Origin: Nemertoderma westbladi
Taxonomy: Eukaryota; Animalia; Xenacoelomorpha
DNA: 64,000 nucleotides
Direction: 5' to 3'
NCBI GenBank assembly: GCA_032718475.1
Contig: JAUCBJ010008798.1
Span: forward strand, 1 to 64,000
The first letter of the stretch is position 1. Each line of letters starts with the position of its first letter. Below are positions 35,645 through 50,100 of this stretch, in pieces. Made by a program: the position numbers and the translations under genes. Under the pieces are notes generated by a model. The model did not search any database, had not been told where the DNA came from, and was given only the letters and a program-made list of their open reading frames with translations.

Positions 35645-36983
35645 GTTAGTAGGAACAATTATTATTAAAACGTTAATTATGTTTGTGTTTATGTTTGGTC
35701 AGAAATAAGATAGACTGGCTGAAAAATCAATCACCATTTTGGTCCAAAATATGTCTAATTTATTTTTATGACCTCTTAATTCACAATTAAATGGTGTTTC
35801 CAAATCTGAAAACCGCTATTTAATAGCTCCTTTAGTTTCCAAGTTATAACAATTACCATTTAGGGAATCCTATTGAAATTACTATTACTGGTGTATAATG
35901 AAAGGTCGATTATCTCCAAATATTTTTTTTATGAAATTGTCAACTTTTAAACCCTACTACTTCTACAAATTTGGAGCAATTAGTCTGAAACTTTGCAATT
36001 AGTCTGAAACTTTCTGTGGGTTTCTACACATAGCCACACTGCATAAAAAGTATCAGACAACTTTTCGAAATTATTTGTTAATAAAATTTAATACTATTTA
36101 TAACAAACCTAAAAATTGCATAAATTTGCAGCGCCACCTAGCGGTGCAGAATTATTTTCACAAAATTTCGCCTGATAGTTATGTTGCCCCATCTTTGTTC
36201 TATCATATAAAAAAACTTCCATGTGATTAGATTCAAAACTGTAAAAGCCTTGGGGTTTAAGCGCAACCAAGTTTTTTTTATTGTTAACTAGTATTAACTA
36301 ATAATAAATAGCGAAAACCGAATCAAGAATATAAATTTTTTATAGTATTGAAAATATCAAATATTTTACTAAAATACAATCAACGTGATACAAATAAACA
36401 CAAATCTCAGTCCAATTCTATTACTATACAAGTTTGTAATAATAGGTGGATTATTTATACCCATTCTACTAAAGCAGTAAGTAATACTCTCTAATAACAT
36501 TAACGCCCTGATAGAACCTAAACAATCTCTCGTCCAGAACAATAATCGCAGATGCGAAAAATACCAGCGTTTCTCTCTTTGTTCGAAATTGTATTAGAAT
36601 TTGTAAGAGGATAATGAAGAATATGTATTTTTTTAAATTTATCTTTATTAAGTGTTTTAAAGCGCTTATTACAATCTTATAACCAGTATAGATACTAATT
36701 CGTTTATTGTTTTGGTTCGATTCAGCCCTTCTGTATTCTGTGTTTTTAGTGAAACCTGGTATTCTTCGCATGGGAGTAACTGCAAAATGAAATATAACAT
36801 CAGAAAGTCTGGTAAACGTACCACAAAAATGTACCATTTTTACCCCGTACGCTAACATCAAAGGCGACAACAACTCACACACCACCGTGTATAATTACAT
36901 CCGTTCTAATGACTCACAATTCTTGCTTACTGTTGTTTACTAACTACTTTGTAACACCACGAAATCGTTCACTTTGTTCGCAG

Positions 36984-37160
36984 GTAATCACACTAGACAT
37001 AAATTCGATGAGAATTCAGATAATCCCAGATTCGAAGACATACTGGAAGTATTTCGGAACGAGGCCACCTGGGAACTCCATGGTGTTTGGCAGTGTATAG
37101 TTGAAAACCTAGCCAATGATGGTGTCCCTGCAACCAAGGAAACAACCGTAAACATTTACC
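36984..37160 (+). CDS. 3xIg protein exon 4 (second half of Ig2)
   Basis: ttcgcag acceptor, HGVWQCIVEN, donor GTTAGT, phase 1 to 1. Confidence 0.85.
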
Positions 37161-37329
37161 GTTAGTTAACCAAGCCACTCCATACCGCATCAATAATTAA
37201 TAATTGTGGTACTATAGGAGAAAAAAACGATGGACAAGTTTATAATCTTGTTGTTATGTCGGTGCAATGAGTAAGTAAATTGCGGATATACAAGGTATCA
37301 GATAGTATTTCCAGGTATATCTTTTACCT

Positions 37330-37403
37330 GAGCCGCTAGCTGAGTGGTTAGAGCGTCAGACTTCCAACCCGGAGGCCACCAGTTCGATCCCACCTGGACG
37401 TCA
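37330..37403 (+). repeat. tRNA-like segment within a dispersed repeat
   Basis: A-box-like tagctgagtggttagagc, cttccaa loop, B-box-like gttcgatcc. Acceptor stem does not pair. Second copy at 55528-55606. Confidence 0.6.
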
Positions 37404-37628
37404 TTGCCGAAGTTGCTCTATTGTTATGTTCCTAGCTATTTACTATCAGTATTGCCTCAGTGCCTCATTACAGTTCTACTGTAACTGTACTGTAGTACGC
37501 CCTAGGTTATTGCATTGCACAATGGTAACGGAAACTGGTGGAAAATAAAGATTGGCTGTATTGAAGGAAATAATTTACTCTGTTTACATGAATTGGCGAT
37601 CAATCAATCAATCAATCAATTTATCTAG

Positions 37629-37834
37629 ATTCTCCAATTGATTCTGGAACACTCAATGAATACGAGGCTCAGCAAGGTGGTGACGTCACACTAGACTGTA
37701 GGTTCTCGGCCTGGCCTCAAGTGACGTCAATAACCTGGCACATTACCTGGCACAGCGGCGGTGGCCCCCTCAATGTTGACGGAACTCGCATAATACAAAC
37801 GAATAATTTATCCAATGGGCTTTCAACACTTATG
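37629..37834 (+). CDS. 3xIg protein exon 5 (first part of Ig3)
   Basis: tctag acceptor, GGDVTLDCRFSAWPQVTSITW...STLM, donor GTAAGT, phase 1 to 0. Confidence 0.87.
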
Positions 37835-38444
37835 GTAAGTTAGACTCAGCAGCGATTTTTTTATTATTATATACCACACAAAAAATATTCAACATTATTG
37901 TAGGCTACAACCGTGCAACTTAGTCTTGTTCATTTTGTTTATTTTTTGTTTAATTCCCAATAAACTTTTTTTGCTCAAAATATTATTCATCCACTTTACC
38001 ACAAACCAAAATTTGCAACCATATTTACTAATATGTTATTCAAGGTTTTTAGTTCCCGACTTATTGATTAATTATTGCACTATCTGCTGCACCAAGAAAA
38101 TTTGTAATCTGTATAATTGGACCCAAATAGACCATTTTGTTTGTTTGTTGTTTTTGGTTGTTTGTTGTTTTTAGTTGTTTGTTGTTTTTGGTTGTTTTAC
38201 AGTTTTACACCCGTTGTCACATTTACATAACTAATGGTAGTTTATTTTAAAAACTAAAAGGATTACGATACTCACGTATGATAGCTATCATAATGTAATG
38301 TGATGTAAGTTTAATAGAGATTGTATAACCTATAGATCCACAACTCTAAAAACATTGCCTGCCACAACCAAACCTTAACATTAACCACAGCAAAATCATA
38401 AACCATAACACGACTCTGACAATAACATAACCCGAACCATATAG

Positions 38445-38720
38445 CCAAGCTAGTTGGTGGAGTGATCGGTATCACTCACTATGCCCTAGCTGGAAGGTCC
38501 CGTGTTCAATCCCGGGACCTCCCGGTTAAATATTCGTATATGGGCGCCAACCCAGCGATATGGTGACCTGGATTCTGCTTGGAAAGAAAAGAAACGCTTT
38601 GGATATATAGCTTTGGAATGTTCTACCATCTTGGGAGTTAGTATGGCGCGATCCACTACATTATAAGTAAAAGCAAAAGAGAGGAATGTTTGGGTTGCCT
38701 TTGGTGTTTCTGGACAACCA
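38445..38720 (+). mobile_element. tRNA-derived SINE-like repeat
   Basis: tggtggagtgatcggt (A-box-like) and gtgttcaatccc (B-box-like) followed by a non-tRNA body. Confidence 0.4.
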
Positions 38721-38764
38721 TTACCGTTCCTAACTTTTATACTTTAACTAAATGGAAAAAATCC

Positions 38765-39510
38765 CTTCCCATTACCCTTACCATACCCTTACAATGACCC
38801 TTACCATAACCCTTACTTTACCATAACCCTTACCATACCCTTACAGTAACCCTTACCATAACCTTATACCCTTACCATAACCCTTACTTTACCATAACCC
38901 TTACCATACCCGTACCATAACTCTTACCATAACTCTTTCCATAACCCTTACCATACCCGTACCATAACTCTTACCATAATTACCATAACGCCCACCTTAA
39001 CCATTACCATAACCCTTATCATAAGCCTAATCATAACCCTTGCCACAACCCTTACCATACCCTTACAATACCCTTACCTTAACCCTTACCATAACTCTTT
39101 TCATAACCCTTTTCATATCCCTTTTCATAACCCTTATAATAACCTTGGCCATACCCTTAAAATTACCCTTACCATAACCATTACCTTAACCCTTTCCAAA
39201 ACTCTTACCATAACCCTCACCATTCTGCCATAACCCTTACCATAACCCTTACCATACCCTTACAATTAGCCTTACCATAACCCTTACCTTAACCCTTACC
39301 AAAACTCTTACCATAACCCTTACAATTCTGCCATAACCCTTACCATACCCTTACAATTAGCCTTTCCATAACCCTTACCATACCCTTACAATTAGCCTTA
39401 CCATAACCCTTACCTTAACCCTTACCAAAACTCTTACCATAACCCTTACCTTACCCTTACCAAAACTCTTACCATAACCCATACCACAACCTGTACCACA
39501 ACCGCAACAC
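38765..39510. repeat. Degenerate 11/12-bp minisatellite (CCATAACCCTTA)n
   Basis: Directly visible. Confidence 0.95.
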
Positions 39511-39516
39511 AATCCA

Positions 39517-42500
39517 AACCATCACCCGGAACAATTACCCGGAACCATTACCCGGAACCATTACCCGGAACCATCACCCGGAACAATTACCCGGAACCAT
39601 TACCCGGAACCGTCACCCGGAACAATTACCCGGAACCATTACCCGGAACCATTACCCGGAACCATCACCCGGAACAATTACCCGAAACAATTACCCGGAA
39701 CCATCACCCGGAACAATTACACGGAACCATTACCCGGGACCATTACCCCGGAACAATTACACGGAACCATTACCCGGGACCATTACCCCGGAACCATTAC
39801 CCGGAACCATCACCCGGAACAATTACCCGGAACCATTACCCCGGAACCATTACCCAGGAACCATTACCAGGAACCATCACCCGGAACCATTACCAGAAAC
39901 CATCACCCAGAACAATTACCCGGAACCATTACCCGGAACCATTACTCGGAATAATTACCCGGAACCATTACCCGGAACCATTACCCGGAACCATCACCTG
40001 GAACCATTACCCGAAACCATTAACCGGAACCATTACCCGGAACCATTACCCGGAACCATTACCAGAAACCATCACCCGGAACAATTACCCGGAACCATTA
40101 CCCGAAACCATTAACCGGAACCATTACCCGGAACCATTACCCGGAACCATTACCCGGAACCATTACCCGGAACCATTACCAGAAACCATCACCCGGAACA
40201 ATTACCCGGAACCATTACCCGGAACCATTACTCGGAATCATTACCCGGAACCATTACCCAGAACCATCACCCGGAAACATCAACCGGAACCATTACTCGG
40301 AATCATTACCCGGAACCATTACCCGGAACCATCAACCGGAACCATTACCCGGAACCATTAGTCGGAATCATTACCCGGAACCATTACCCGAAACCATTAC
40401 CCGGAACCATCACCTGGAACCATTACCCGAAACCATTGACCGGAACCATTACCCGGAACCATTACCCGGAACCATTACCCGGAACCATTACCCGGAACCA
40501 TTACTCGGAATCATTACCCGGAACCATTACCCGGAACCATTACCCGGAACCATCACCCGGAACCATCAACCGGAACCATTACCCGGAACCATTACTCGGA
40601 ATCATTACCCGGAACCATTACCCGGAACCATCAACCGGAATCATTACCCGGAACCATTACTCGGAATCATTACCCGGAACCATTACCCGGAACCATTACC
40701 CGGAACCATCACCTGGAACCATTACCAGAAACCATTACCCGGAAAAATTACCCGGAACCATTACCCGGAACCATTACCAGGAACCATCACCCGGAACCAT
40801 CACCCGGAACCATTACCCTGAAGCATTACCAGGAACCATCACCCGGAACCATTACCCGGAACCATTAACCGGAACCAATACCCGGAACCATTACCAGAAA
40901 CCATCACCCCCGGAACAATTACCCGGAACTATTACCCGGAACCATTACCCGGAACCATTACCAGGAACCATTACCCGGAACCATCACCCGGAACCATTAC
41001 CCGGAACCATTACCAGGAACCATCACCCGGAACCATTACCCGGAACCATTACCAGGAACCATTACCAGGAACCATCACCCGGAACCATTACCAGGAACCA
41101 TCACCCGGAACCATTACCCGGAACCATTACCAGGAACCATCACCCGGAACCATTACCAGGAACCATCACCCGGAACCATTACCCGGAACCATTACCCGGA
41201 ACTATTACCCGGAACCATTACCCGGAACCATTACCAGGAACCATTACCCGGAACCATCACCCGGAACCATTACCCGGAACCATTACCAGGAACCATCACC
41301 CGGAACCATCACCCGGAACCATTACCCGGAACCATTACCAGGAACCATCACCCGGAACCATTACCAGGAACCATCACCCGGAACCATTACCCGGAACCAT
41401 TACCCGGAACTATTACCCGGAACCATTACCCGGAACCATTACCGGAACCATTACCCGGAACCATACCGGAACCATTACCCGGAACCATTACCCGGAACCA
41501 TTACCCGGAACCATTACCCGGAACCATTACCGGAATCATTACCCGGAACCATTACCCGGAACCATTACCCGGAACCATCACCCGGAACCATCAACCGGAA
41601 CCATTACCCGGAACCATTACTCGGAATCATTACCCGGAACCATTACCCGGAACCATCAACCGGAATCATTACCCGGAACCATTACTCGGAATCATTACCC
41701 GGAACCATTACCCGGAACCATTACCCGGAACCATCACCTGGAACCATTACCAGAAACCATTACCCGGAAAAATTACCCGGAACCATTACCCGGAACCATT
41801 ACCAGGAACCATCACCCGGAACCATCACCCGGAACCATTACCCTGAAGCATTACCAGGAACCATCACCCGGAACCATTACCCGGAACCATTAACCGGAAC
41901 CAATACCCGGAACCATTACCAGAAACCATCACCCCCGGAACAATTACCCGGAACTATTACCCGGAACCATTACCCGGAACCATTACCAGGAACCATTACC
42001 CGGAACCATCACCCGGAACCATTACCCGGAACCATTACCAGGAACCATCACCCGGAACCATTACCCGGAACCATTACCAGGAACCATTACCAGGAACCAT
42101 CACCCGGAACCATTACCAGGAACCATCACCCGGAACCATTACCCGGAACCATTACCAGGAACCATCACCCGGAACCATTACCAGGAACCATCACCCGGAA
42201 CCATTACCCGGAACCATTACCCGGAACTATTACCCGGAACCATTACCCGGAACCATTACCAGGAACCATTACCCGGAACCATCACCCGGAACCATTACCC
42301 GGAACCATTACCAGGAACCATCACCCGGAACCATCACCCGGAACCATTACCCGGAACCATTACCAGGAACCATCACCCGGAACCATTACCAGGAACCATC
42401 ACCCGGAACCATTACCCGGAACCATTACCCGGAACTATTACCCGGAACCATTACCCGGAACCATTACCAGGAACCATTACCCGGAACCATCACCCGGAAC

Positions 42501-45500
42501 CATTACCCGGAACCATTACCAGGAACCATCACCCGGAACCATTACCCGGAACCATTACCCGGAACCATTACCCGGAACCATCACCCGGAACTATTACCCG
42601 GAACCATCACCCGGAACCATCACCCGGGACCATCACCCGGAACCATCACCCGGAACCATTACCCGGAACCATTACCAGGAACCATTACCCGGAACCATCA
42701 CCCGGAACCATTACCCGGAACCATCACCCGGAACCATTACCCGGAACCATTACCAGGAACCATTACCAGGAACCATCACCCGGAACCATTACCAGGAACC
42801 ATCACCCGGAACCATTACCCGGAACCATTACCCGGAACCATCACCCGGAACTATTACCCGGAACCATCACCCGGAACCATCACCCGGGACCATCACCCGG
42901 AACCATCACCCGGAACCATTACTCGGAACCATTACCCGGAACCATTACCAGGAACAATTACCAGGAACCATCACCCGGAACCATTACCAGGAACCATTAC
43001 CTGGAACCATTACCCGGAACCATTACATGGAACCATTACCCGGAACCATCACCCGGAACCATTACCCGGAACCATCACCCGGAACCATCACCCGGAACCA
43101 TCACCCGGAACCATTACTCGGAACCTTTACCCGGAACCATTACCAGGAACCATCACCCGGAACCATTACCCGGAACCATTACCCGGAGCCATTACCCGGA
43201 ACCATTACCCGGAACCATTACCAGGAACCATTACCCGGAACCATCACCTGGAACCATTACCCGGAACCATCACCCGGAACCATTACTCGGAACCATTTCC
43301 CGGAACCATTACCCCGAACCATTACCCGGAACCATTACCAGGAACCATTACCCGGAACCATTACCCGGAGCCATTACCCGGAACCATTACCCGGAACCAT
43401 TACCAGGAACCATTACCCGGAACCATCACCTGGAACCATTACCCGGAACCATCACCCGGAACCATTACTCGGAACCATTTCCCGGAACCATTACCCGGAA
43501 CCATCACCCGGAACCATTACCCGGAACCATTACCCGGAACCATAACCCGGAACCATCACCCGGAACCATCACCCGGAACCATCACCCGGAACCATTACTC
43601 GGAACCATTTCCCGGAACCATTACCCGGAACCATTACCCGGAACCATTACCCGGAACCATTACCTGGAACCATTACCCGGAACCTTTACCCGGAACCATT
43701 ACCAGGAACCATCACCCGGAACCATTACCCGGAACCATTACCCGGAGCCATTACCCGGAACCATTACCCGGAACCATTACCAGGAACCATTACCCGGAAC
43801 CATCACCTGGAACCATTACCAGGAACAATTACCCGGAACCATCACCCGGAACCATTACCCGGAACCATTACCCGGAACCATTACCAGGAACCATTACCCG
43901 GAACCATCACCTGGAACCATTACCCGGAACCATTACCCGGAACCATTACCAGGAACCATTACCCGGAACCATCCCCTGGAACCATTACCAGGAACAATTA
44001 CCCGGAACCATCACCCGGAACCATTACCCGGAACCATTACCCGGAACCATCACCTGGAACCATTACCAGGAACCATTACCCGGAACCATCACCTGTAACC
44101 ATTACCAGGAACAATTACCCGGAACCATCACCTGGAACCATTACCAGGAACAATTACCCAGAACCATCACCTGGAACCATTACCCGGAACCATCACCTGG
44201 AACCATCACCAGGAACCATTACCCGGAACCATCACCTGGAACCGTTACCAGGAACAATTACCCGGAACCATCACCTGGAACCATTACCAGTAACCATCAC
44301 CCGGAACCATTACCCGGAACCATTACCCGGAACCATTACCCGGAACCATTACCAGGAACCATTACCCGGAACCATCACCTGGAACCATTACCAGGAACAA
44401 TTACCCGGAACCATCACCCGGAACCATTACCCGGAACCATTACCCGGAACCATTACCAGGAACCATTACCCGGAACCATTACCCGGAACCATTACCCGGA
44501 ACCATTACCAGGAACCATTACCCGGAACCATCACCTGGAACCATTACCAGGAACAATTACCCGGAACCATCACCCGGAACCATTACCCGGAACCATCACC
44601 TGGAACCATTACCCGGAACCATTACCCGGAACCATTACCAGGAACCATCACCCGGAATCATTACCCGGAACCATTACCCCGGAACCATTACCCGGAACCA
44701 TTACCAGGAACCATTACCCGGAACCATCACCTGGAACCATTACCAGAAACAATTACCCGGAACCATCACCCGGAACCATTACCCGGAACCATTACCCGGA
44801 ACCATTACCAGAAACCATTACCCGGAACCATTACCAGAAACCATTACCCGGAACCATCACCTGGAACCATTACCCGTAACAATTAACCGGAACCATCACC
44901 CGGAACCATTACCCGGAACCATTACCCGGAACCATTACCAGGAACCATTACCCGGAACCATCACCTGGAACCATTACCAGGAACAATTACCCGGAACCAT
45001 CACCCGGAACCATTACCCGGAACCATTACCCGGAACCATCACCTGGAACCATTACCAGGAACCATTACCCGGAACCATCACCTGGAACCATTACCAGGAA
45101 CAATTACCCGGAACCATCACCTGGAACCATTACCAGGAACAATTACCCGGAACCATCACTTGGAACCATTACCCGGAACAATCACCTGGAACCATTACCA
45201 GGAACCATTACCCGGAACCATCACCTGGAACCATTACCAGGAACAATTACTCTGAACCATCACCTGGAACCATTACCAGGAACCATTACCCGGAACCATC
45301 ACCTGGAACCATTACCAGGAACCATTACCCGGAACCATCAACTGGAGGAACCATTACCAGGAACAATTACCCGGAACCATCACCCGGAACAATTACCCGG
45401 AACCATTACCCGGAACCATTACCCGGAACCATTACCAGGAACCATTACCCGGAACCATCACCTGGAACCATTACCAGGAACAATTACCCGGAACCATCAC

Positions 45501-46921
45501 CCGGAACCATTACCCGGAACCATTACCCGGAACCATCACCTGGAACCATTACCAGGAACCATTACCCGGAACCATCACCTGTAACCATTACCAGGAACAA
45601 TTACCCGGAACCATCACCTGGAACCATTACCAGGAACAATTACCCAGAACCATCACCTGGAACCATTACCCGGAACCATCACCTGGAACCATTACCAGGA
45701 ACCATTACCCGGAACCATCACCTGGAACCGTTACCAGGAACAATTACCCGGAACCATCACCTGGAACCATTACCAGTAACCATCACCCGGAACCATTACC
45801 CGGAACCATTACCCGGAACCATTACCCGGAACCATTACCAGGAACCATTACCCGGAACCATCACCTGGAACCATTACCAGGAACAATTACCCGGAACCAT
45901 CACCCGGAACCATTACCCGGAACCATTACCCGGAACCATTACCAGGAACCATTACCCGGAACCATTACCCGGAACCATTACCCGGAACCATTACCAGGAA
46001 CCATTACCCGGAACCATCACCTGGAACCATTACCAGGAACAATTACCCGGAACCATCACCCGGAACCATTACCCGGAACCATCACCTGGAACCATTACCC
46101 GGAACCATTACCCGGAACCATTACCAGGAACCATCACCCGGAACCATTACCCGGAACCATTACCCGGAACCATTACCCGGAACCATTACCAGGAACCATT
46201 ACCCGGAACCATCACCTGGAACCATTACCAGGAACAATTACCCGGAACCATCACCCGGAACCATTACCCGGAACCATTACCCGGAACCATTACCAGAAAC
46301 CATTACCCGGAACCATTACCAGAAACCATTACCCGGAACCATCACCTGGAACCATTACCCGTAACAATTAACCGGAACCATCACCCGGAACCATTACCCG
46401 GAACCATTACCCGGAACCATTACCAGGAACCATTACCCGGAACCATCACCTGGAACCATTACCAGGAACAATTACCCGGAACCATCACCCGGAACCATTA
46501 CCCGGAACCATTACCCGGAACCATCACCTGGAACCATTACCAGGAACCATTACCCGGAACCATCACCTGGAACCATTACCAGGAACAATTACCCGGAACC
46601 ATCACCTGGAACCATTACCAGGAACAATTACCCGGAACCATCACTTGGAACCATTACCCGGAACCATCACCTGGAACCATTACCAGGAACCATTACCCGG
46701 AACCATCACCTGGAACCATTACCAGGAACAATTACCCTGAACCATCACCTGGAACCATTACCAGGAACCATTACCCGGAACCATCACCTGGAACCATTAC
46801 CAGGAACCATTACCCGGAACCATCAACTGGAGGAACCATTACCAGGAACAATTACCCGGAACCATCACCCGGAACAATTACCCGGAACCATCACCTGGAA
46901 CCATTACCCGGAACCATTACC
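39517..46921. repeat. 7.4-kb 13-bp satellite (GGAACCATTACCC)n in intron 5
   Basis: Directly visible. Variant units mark internal block duplications with periods of about 1025 and about 1485 bp. Confidence 0.98.
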
Positions 46922-46985
46922 AAACTCCTGCCAAAACACAAACATTACAGTAACAATTTAATGCTACTGTATATAATTTATTCAG

Positions 46986-47177
46986 ATTACTTATATCGAA
47001 AACATCGACTTCGGAAGATACACTTGTTTAGCAGAAAACAGTAAAGGAAGCCGAGGAATAGATATAAAGCTGACGGAGAACGACACACCCTACCCGCCTA
47101 CTAACTCAGCAGAGAACAACTCGAGCAGTATGCTACTCGTCGCAAAGCTTTTTATTCTTATAAAGGCAATATTATAA
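46986..47177 (+). CDS. 3xIg protein exon 6 (end of Ig3 plus GPI-signal-like tail)
   Basis: tttcag acceptor, phase 0. DFGRYTCLAENSKG, then NSAENNSSS-MLLVAKLFILIKAIL*. AATAAA at 47395. The six exons sum to 1179 nt (392 aa). Confidence 0.87.
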   Translation: MTYIENIDFGRYTCLAENSKGSRGIDIKLTENDTPYPPTNSAENNSSSMLLVAKLFILIKAIL

Positions 47178-50100
47178 GTTTTTGAGCGAATTTCTGTTTG
47201 TTATTGAGTTTTAACATTGCGAAATTATTATTCAATAATTTTTGCATTTTTCTACCCACCCGGTGTTTAAATACAAAGAAAAACTAAAAATTGAATAGTT
47301 ATTGTACTGTAGATACTATACAGTATGTATCCAGGCTGTAATGATTGGCATCTGTACTCATAAACATAACATACCTCATTTTTTCGCTTATTTCAATAAA
47401 ATTTTTTTGGCTAATTACATTTTTAGACTAAATAATATTAAAAGATTAAATAATATTTTAACTTATTAAGTCATTTAGTGTTTTATTTTCACTGTCCAGA
47501 TATATCTGATGAATAGCGTAGGAGAATTGAGACGCGTAAAAATTCGAAATAACCAGAGGTTTTGGACTTACTTTTGGCCATCTGTTGTCTGTTGAACACG
47601 GAGTTTAGTATTTATTTGAAATGTCTATCAATTCTGCGTTACACTTTTTATATTTCTGTGTTGAGCTTTCTTTCTGTTAGTTCTAATATTTAATTTTTAT
47701 GACGTTCCGTTTCCATTTATAATCAATATAATTTCTACTTTTCTTCGTAAAATCATTTTCATTGTTATAATTTTCTTTAATTTTCTAGTTTAACTGCAGA
47801 TTGTTTGTTTATTTGTTATATTTCAGTGTTTTTATTTATTTTATAAAGTTAATTTCTTTTTAATATTGGCAAGACTTTCATGTTTTAGTAAAAAATGTTT
47901 AATGTTTTTGATGGTGATGAATATGGCAATAATGTATCATAGCTATCATTTTTTCGTAATTTTAGCAAAAGAAAATATTGTTTTAAATTGTTAACACAAC
48001 ATTCGTTAATATTACATATTATTAATTAATATTGGTTAAATTGATTTATCAATATACTTATTGAATTGAAACCAATTATATCCCAATGTTGTAGTTTCAC
48101 AGTTTTTAGTAAGGTTTGTTTTCCTTCACTCGGGGAGAAATTACATATTTCTATACACCCGTGGCACGTTATTGTAACCAAAACAATATACGAAAGAATG
48201 ATAGAACAGGTTACAGTTTTTGTTTTTTTTTAAGAGTAATCGGATTTTATTTGCGTCGATTTACCCGTAGTGTGACACCACCATGCAATCCAAATCAGCA
48301 TTCAGCTTGCATTAAGTATGCTATGCCAATTTATCAACAAAATTGCTCCGCCACAACTCCCTAACCTCAATGACTGAGATAGGATCGATAAGACACTCAG
48401 TGACAGGCAGACAAATGCTACAAGAGTGGGGGTCAGACAATTATTGGGCCCTGTGGGTTTAGGTGGGGCCCAGCTTATAAACAGGGGTCTGGGTGCTTGA
48501 CAGCCAGCAGCTACGTGTCGCTAAATTGGTACCTATTAATTTAGACATTGGTCAACCCAATGTCCCTAGGCTACATATTACTCCACTTGGTTGCCCTGTG
48601 GGTTAGAGAAGCACTTTAGTTAGACTGGCCAGACGACTCACATGTCCGTCCATGGCCATTTCAACGCCAACCACACTGTCCCGGGTCTGATTTTCACTGC
48701 GGCGGTACCGCGGTTATGCAGCACTAGTTTTTAGTGTTTGGGTAAAACTAACAATATACACATCCAGATGATCTTTTGTCGACGGTTTTTGTGGGCCCAT
48801 TTTTGTGAAAGTAAACTGCACCATTCAATTTGCACCCATAAGTGGAGGAAGGTCACCTAGTTACGCGGTTACTATTGCTGTTTTGTCGATCTGTTTTTCG
48901 ACCGAGGGGCCACGTTCCCAATGCACGCTACGAGCTGATACGACATAATAGACCCACCGCTACTTAATTGTGCCCTGAAGCTCGTAAAGGCGAGTGATAT
49001 CAGACACCTGAGTGCTGCTCCCCCAAGTTCAGCTACACAGTGTTGGACTGGACAGGGGGGGAAATCCCACAATTTCACAATAATTATGTGAAAATAGCAA
49101 TAGTTTGTTTACGTCTTAATTTAGAAAGCTCAATTTAATTTAATTGTTAAAAAAATGTAAAATATTAAAATATAATAAAGAAATACCTACATTGATCACA
49201 AAATAGTGTTTAAATAGAACCGTCACCGAATATTCTAAAAACGCGAAAATCGGAGTGGAGAGGAAGCGAGCAGAGTGGAGTAGGGGGGGCGGGCCGTACC
49301 TGAAATCGCGAAGGGCCTGAGCGCGTGGGCGCGAGGATTGATTCAAGGTAAGAACCCGGGCCTTAAATGTGCAGGAAATTACCACGAACAATACCTTGGG
49401 TACTAGTGAACGGAAAGTGAAGTACCGGCGCAGCGGTAAGTCTCGTTTGCCTGACGTGAAATTCGGGCTCGGTTCAACCGTCTTCTTAAATCTTCAGCTC
49501 AGCAGCTCTCTTCATTTTTTTTCGATATTCTAGAACGCATTCCACGTCCGCTCCAAACAACCCAAGAATAAAATGCTTTGAAATTGTACCAAACTTATAA
49601 CTTTTCTAGGCTGGTGCACTGAATATAAAATTAATTGATTTAAAATATTTATTTTATTTTATATTTATTTAATTTGATAAGTCCCAAGTATTTTTGCAAT
49701 CTACAATAGTTTGTCTATCTACAATTGTTCGTCTAAAAACTTATGGGCCGACATTTTATTAACAGTGCGGTTGTTGCTACAGTGTAACAGACCAAGGAGA
49801 AGCACCACGGTTGGTATTGTGTATAGTTGCTAGGAAACACAGCATGGATGGCGGATGATCTTTCACTATAACTTATTGTATTAGTTATCGTAGTCATAGT
49901 AATAGTGTTACCAGGAAAGAAAGGTTGGTGCGATATTCGGTAATTATAGAAAACACTAATATTGTTTTTTTCAAAGAGTTGTTATCTATGATTATTCTAG
50001 AATTGTAACAAACATAATAAATATCAATAATTAATGAAAACTTAATATATTATGAAGACAATCTTATATAATTATAATTACGAAATTAAAATGAAATAAC

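Noticed and set aside
36129-36144. CTCF-like motif cagcgccacctagcgg (weaker one near 51030)
   Set aside because: Single short motif in repeat-like intronic DNA; cannot be supported without binding data.
37330-37403. Functional tRNA-Gly (also 55528-55606; tRNA-like 59267-59340)
   Set aside because: Acceptor and anticodon stems do not pair, and the segments are embedded in repeats.
40436-43545. 485-aa and 172-aa PGTITRNHYPEPL ORFs
   Set aside because: Translations of the stop-free 13-bp satellite inside an intron; no splice or codon evidence.
39517-46921. CRISPR-like array
   Set aside because: Contiguous tandem units with no unique spacers, no cas genes, and a eukaryotic context.
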